Below, one piece after another: positions 58,264 through 64,000 of a stretch of DNA of 64,000 nucleotides. Position 1 is the stretch's first letter. The number at the start of each line of letters is the position of its first letter. The position numbers and the translations under genes were made by a program. The stretch lies in assembly GCF_006345805.1 (NCBI RefSeq), contig NW_021836159.1, positions 1 through 64,000 on the forward strand, given 5' to 3'. The notes beneath the pieces are model-generated. The model was given only the letters and a program-made list of their open reading frames with translations. It ran no database searches and was not told the origin of the DNA. Source of the DNA: Octopus sinensis (taxonomy: Eukaryota).

Positions 58264-60884
58264 TGTCTCTTTATTAGCCACACAGGGCTGCACACAGACA
58301 GGACAAATTACAAGGTAGAGCTTTTCTTTTGGGGGTAAAAAAGGGGGTTTGGTTTTCGATCAAAAGGGATCGTAAAAGGAAAGAAAGAGGACAAAAAAGG
58401 GGGGAAATTGATCAATAGGGATCGTTATCACAGAAATATCAATATAGAGTGCACAGGGGAGGACAGGTGAGGTTTACCCGTGGAAAGAAAAGCCTACGGA
58501 AAAGACCACGGTAACCTCGGTCAATAAAGTCACATGTTATATTTTTCTTTTTTTTACTAATAAGCAACTCTCTGTATTAATTTTTACGGTTCATAGGATC
58601 ATAGTCAAGGTGGCTTCGTCATTCATACTTTCCATCCTTGCTACATTCACCCATCTTTTTTTAAAACATTCACTAGACAAAACTTGCCTCTCTACTCTCA
58701 CTTTCCTCTTCAAGTGATACTTGAAAAAGTTGATGAGACATTGACCAGAGAGGAAAGTGTTTGTCTCTAATCCTTTCAGGCGCGTCCACCAAATACATTC
58801 TTTCGTCATAGCCACAAGTATGGTAGAAATAGCTCTTCCTTCCCGTTTGAAGGAAGGAGGCGTGACGATATTAACGGTAGACTCGGCTGATACACCGACA
58901 CGTCCCACACGTGACAGCAGGCGTTCGACATAAGCCCACAGGTCGGAGATTGTTGGACACTGCACGATTGCGTGCAGAACGGTTTCGTCGCTCTGTCCGC
59001 ATGTCGGGCAGGTCGGCCCCGTGTTTCTCGAGCCATGCCTATAGAGCTTATCCCGAACGGATAGCGCTTCTCGGTAGCACTGCCAGGCCAGGGATCTCTG
59101 GAAGTTGTCCATAGTTCCCGGCCCGAAAGTCGTTTGAAACAGGCGGGTCAGGTATTCCTCGTCGACGCCCAGGTTTGCCCCAAGATCGTCGTCGTACCTC
59201 CCCTCCACTTATCCCCTATAGAATGCTTTGCTTGTGTTGAAGTCACTCAAGGTCGACCCGGGACGGCAGAGTTGCTTGAGAGCAACGCGACACTCGCGGT
59301 GCCATTCGCCCTTCCTCGGCCTCTTTTTGATCCACGACTGCAGTTCGGTCATGGAGACGAGCTGCGGGAACGCGTGCCTCACAAACGGCGACCACACCTG
59401 TTCACCGTTGTCTACATAGAGCCGGAGATGTCGCAGTCACAGTGCGTGTCTGCGCATCATCAACCACGGCATGCCCAGTCCTCCTTTTAACGGGTGTTGA
59501 CAGCAAATGGATCGCCTGACCATCGGGACGCATCCTTTCCACAAGAAGCGGAAGAGAATGCGTTCTAGTTTGATGATGGCAGGGTCGGGACGAGGTACGA
59601 CGGTCAGGCGGTAGTAGATGATGGACGCGATGTACGCGTTCGCCACCTCCGCCCGACCTTTTAGGGGCAGTTTCCTCTCGGCCCATTGCTGGGAGAGTGA
59701 CCACCCTACTCGTTATCTCGTTCCAGTTCTTCTCCATTTGGAGGTCCGGACCGAACCAGACCCCGAGCAACTCAACCGGACCGTCCGTCCAGCCTCCCAC
59801 GATGGAGGTACTGGTGGATGGCATGGGCTTGCTTCTCCAGGTGCCGAGCCGCAAGCCCACTGACTTTTCCCGGTTGATTTTTGCTACTGTCACTGCTTCG
59901 TAGTCTTTCAGTGTCTCGCCGACCAGCTCGATGTGCTCGTGGCTAGACTCTATGACGGTGACGTCGTCCGCGTATGCAGACACGCTTGTCCCGCATCCCA
60001 ATTCTCGCGGGATGCCCATTAGAGTCGCCAGCTTCCGCGACGAGAGGGGGCATCCCTGACGGACCGAACGTGCAATGTCGAAAGGTCTCGATAGATGTCC
60101 ATTTACGCGAATTACCGAACGGATGCCTCTGTACAAGGCAGCTATCCAGCCGCGGAAGACGGGACCGAAACCAGCCGCTCTCAGGACTGCCTCCAAGTAT
60201 CGATGGTCTACCCCTATCGAAGACTTTCGATTGATCCAAATTGATCAGGGCCCCACCCATGCCAGGTTCCTTAACTACTCTGTCTATGATGTAGCGCATC
60301 AGATGGAGGTTGTCATGGATGCTCCGGCCCGGCACGGCGCACGTTTGTGCCTTGTCGACCAGTTTCTCGATGACAAGCGCCAACCTCTTGGCTAACACCT
60401 TTGTCAAAATTTTCAGGTCTGCATTGAGTAGGGTGATTGGTCTAAAGTTATCTATAATGTTTCCCTTGTTTGGATCTTTCTTCAGCAGCGTTACAGCTCC
60501 TCGACTCACAAAACCGGGTATGCTCCCGTTTTGCTGCCAGTTGCAGTATACCGCTGTCAAGACGTCTCCAAACAAGTCTGGCATACAATTGTAAAACTCG
60601 TAGGGCAGACCATTCAAACTCGGCGATTTGTCTCTCGAGCATTCTGCTATTGCGTCCCGCACATCCGCCGCCGTGATGGCACCCTCGCAGCACTCTGCCT
60701 CTCTTGCCGAGAGTCGTGGTAGGCTGTGCAGGTAGGCACTGAAGTCCACCCTGCGTTCACGCTCGCCACTCGTCCCGTACAGTCGGGCAAAGTGCCGCTG
60801 AAATGCCTCGCACATTTTGCTGGGCTCGAGCAATTCGCGCTCTTATTCATCTACCAGAGACCGAATGGTGGCTTTGTTGTTCTG
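58264..60884 (-). mobile_element. Tx1-like LINE copy 3, 5'-truncated within ORF2
   Basis: ORFs 59943..60833, 59402..60196 and 58591..59208 closely match copy 1 ORF2; same 3' UTR. Confidence 0.93.
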
Positions 60885-60917
60885 ATAGATAGATAGATAA
60901 TAGATAGATAGATAGAT

Positions 60918-61013
<96 letters not shown>
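60885..61013. repeat. (GATA)n at the truncated 5' end of LINE copy 3
   Basis: Direct inspection. Confidence 0.95.
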
Positions 61014-61277
61014 TGTGCTGAAAGTAATTTGCTAAAATTTAACAAGAGAAATCAAATACTTATTCAAATGTTTTCCTAAAAGGAATTTAAAGAACGGCGA
61101 TTGATAACTTTTTTCCATTCCTCAATAAACTTATTTGATGAAATAAATATAAGACACTTGAATTTTTTTATATTTTTATAAGTTTTAACTTAATGTCTAT
61201 AACAACTGTGTTAAGAAATATATCTGCATGTATCTGTATACATGCATACACCCACATACATATATATATATATATAG

Positions 61278-61383
61278 ACATACGACGGGCTTCTTTCAGT
61301 TCCCTCTTCCGCTTACATAAACACACCGACACCGGTGGCGGGGGACAAACAAACACAAAGACACACACACAACATAGATGTAC

Positions 61384-61436
<53 letters not shown>

Positions 61437-61602
61437 GACAGGCTTCTTTAAGTTTCCGTCAACCAAATCCACTCAAGAAGTTTTTTGATCGGTTCGAACC
61501 TATAGTCAAAAAACACTTTCTCAAGGTCTCATTCAGTGGAACTGAACCCACAACCATGTGACTGGGAAGCAAGCTTCTCCCACACAGCCATGCCTGCGCC
61601 TA
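61278..61602 (-). mobile_element. tRNA-derived SINE, same family as 3115-3537, degenerate
   Basis: atacgacgggcttctttcag...ccaaatccactc...actgaaccca.aaccatgtg...agcaagct..ccacacagccatgcctgcgcct. Confidence 0.75.
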
Positions 61603-63234
61603 TTTAAGTCTAATTTACGTACGTTGGTTAAAATCTATAAGGTTGCTTCTTTGTCAATTCATAACATAAAAATTGAACAGTGCTAACACCTCATTAATTC
61701 ATTAGTACAACTAGTTTCCAAGAATGTGTCATGTATGTACATTGGCGTATCCGAATTAATAAAACTCTTGATAATACTACCTATGTGTATCACCGTTGAA
61801 GATTGGAGAACAAAAGCTGCTGATGAAATCTCAAAACTGGTCCAGCGAATCCCATTTCATCCACAGCATGGTTGTTTAAAATGACAGTCGTTTACGATTG
61901 TCCAGTTCATTTCACTATATCTCATTTACGCACAGGACCGGCTCGAGAATTTTTTTTTCCGCACGAGAGTCCCGGACCCCAGTAATGAACTCATTTGCAT
62001 AGTCAATCAGAGCTCGCCTTCACCTTGTTGTCAAAATCAAGTGCTGAGGATGGAAGTGACCCAATAATCAATGGGCTAAACAAAGCTTTATTTGCTTTAC
62101 CAAGACAAAGAATTCCTTGGGGGACCAGTGAAAAGAATTTCTCCATGCAACTTGTGGAACTAACTTCGTAGCCTCGCTGCTTTGACCGGTGCTCCGGTGT
62201 GGCACATGGTCTTGGCAAGAAAAAATTTTATCGGATTCAGTTAGATATGGTAAAGATGTGGATGGGAAAAATGTGGACAGAGTGTGATGTGCTTGTAATT
62301 CTCTCCCCTTACTATTTTACAAAGTAAACAACAGTACAAATAACTACGCAGAAGCAGCCACTGTTGAAACAAGAGCACTACTACTACTAGAAATAATAAT
62401 AGTATTTATTTTATTCGCCAAAAGTTCGACGGATAAGGGTTTAGATGAATCCACAACCATGATACCAACACCATCTAAACATGATTCCCTTCAGAAGGCT
62501 GTAATATCATTTGACAGAAACACGGTTAAAGAATACATATGAAACAAGGTTGTAACTTTAACTGTCTTTAATGCCGGCCACGCGTATATATACAACTGAA
62601 TGACAAATGGAAATGGCTGACGCGTGGAGACCATGATCTTCTTCTGTGCGTTACCTCCTGTCTGCTAGATGGTATATGGTGTCAGAGAGCCGACTACATC
62701 ACGTCTTTACGATCTGACGCCTTGCCGAGAAAAGGAGAGAGTTGTAAGGCATCGTATCAGAATCTCACACTCTAGCGACATCTAGCGAGCTTGTTTAAAC
62801 CTGCTATCAAGGGAGGGAACTGCGCCTACAAGTATACATTACAAGTATAGATTATAAAAATGTATAAATTATAAAAGTATAAATTATAAAAATATGCATT
62901 ACAAGTATAAATTATAAAAATGGTGATCAGGGTTTGCAGAATCGATTTTGGAAAAAAAAAGTAAGCATGGAAAACAATAGTTTAAAGAAGAAAAAACATG
63001 TAATCAAGTGATTAGTCAAACATCTGGGACCAATGAAGGAATCGCAAGGCCCTAAGAATATCCTGACAGTAACAAGCAAGTTCTTTCTCTACCAGTGGGT
63101 TTCCTTTAACCATAAGAACAAGTTGAGAATTTGCCCATTTAATTGGGCCATTCTTGGCTCTCTAACCTACTTTTTAGCAAACTTTCCGGTGTGTAGTGTA
63201 TCGTTCTCCGTATCTTCTCCAAGTAGTAATTGAA

Positions 63235-63440
63235 AAAGTTGATGAGGGTTTTGCCAAAAAAGAAAGTGTCTGCGCCATTTTCAATCTTGTCAGGATAGAA
63301 TCTCTTTTACCACAACTACTTAGCAGAGGAGAACTTCCTACCCTTCCCAAATAAAATAATCAAGCATTATTGACTTACAGTGAAGTTAGGAATGCTCGGA
63401 CACAGAACTGGTTTGCAGAATGGTTTCGTCGCTCTGGGCA
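63235..63440 (-). mobile_element. Small, highly decayed fragment of the Tx1-like ORF2 3' region
   Basis: aaaaagttgatgag..ttg.cca.a.a.gaaagtgt and gcagaatggtttcgtcgctctg match 23520-23560 and 23855-23875. Confidence 0.55.
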
Positions 63441-63544
63441 CATACTAGTCAGGCTTTGTTAGAAACACTTCTGTACTTTATTCTGACCCGGTACAACTTA
63501 GCCGGAGATCTAAAAATGTTGGCCATTGTTTTGTAATCAAAATT

Positions 63545-64000
63545 CTCCGTAATAAACTATTCAACAACAACAACAAAATAAATATTGTGTTATTGTTTGT
63601 CTGATTTCTATTTATCTTTTAGTCTTTGTATTTACTCTATAAGTGTACGTTCATTTTGTTTACATTAAAACAATAAAACTCCTTTACATTTTCAAATTAC
63701 TTTGTTACTAGACTTTACAACAGAAAAATTTCTTTTCAGTCATTTACATTCTTCACCTTCATCCGTGTTTTTGTAATTGTTGTTGTCGTTGTCAACGTGT
63801 CTGTTAGAGGTGATATGCTTTTTCTCTCTATCCCCTCCTTTTTCTCTCCATCATCTCCTTATCCTTATTCTTACCAATATGGTACCTGATTGGTACGATT
63901 AGAAAAACAAATATCTAGAGATCCCTTTTCATTGGTTATCTTGCGCAACATTCAAACCCGTGCAATTGTGTGTAAACTTTGGCATACGCTATTGTTCCCA
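63545..64000 (+). repeat. Upstream region of a probable third tandem copy, paralog of ~32416-32881
   Basis: cattttgtttacattaaaac..aaaactcct..acattttcaaattactttgttactagactttacaacagaaaaatttc and ggtacgattagaaaaacaaatatcta are shared with the copy B upstream region. Confidence 0.85.

Noticed and set aside
62003-62218. ORF containing VPQG, reminiscent of the CR1/L2 RT motif GVPQGS
   Set aside because: The surrounding residues do not fit an RT domain; a four-residue match is expected by chance.

Overview
AT-rich, microsatellite-dense animal genomic DNA. The tRNA-derived SINEs and repeat landscape look like Octopus/cephalopod (inference, no search run). The window holds two complete tandem paralogs of a 10-exon + strand gene: copy A (102-17865, ~580 aa) and copy B (33115-54480, ~1056 aa). 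The upstream region of a probable third copy starts at ~63545. All exons were found by reading the DNA, and most are absent from the ORF track. They have GT/AG boundaries and consistent phases. Spliced, they give signal peptide - Notch-ligand-type C2/MNNL domain - DSL domain (exact C-8-C-3-C-11-C-7-C-8-C spacing) - 8 (A) or 21 (B) EGF repeats - 6-aa microexon - C-terminal chitin-binding type-2 (CBM14/peritrophin-A) domain - stop. There is no transmembrane or intracellular segment. The product is therefore a secreted Delta-like protein ending in a chitin-binding module. Its DSL receptor-binding residues are replaced, its EGF stalk length differs between copies, and EGF1-2 diverge fast. Introns and spacers carry Penelope-type hammerhead ribozyme motifs (one apparently intact, inside a large inverted repeat), three Tx1/L1-like LINEs abutting (GATA)n arrays, an RTE fragment, a MULE transposase remnant interrupted by a hAT MITE, SINEs and foldback elements.
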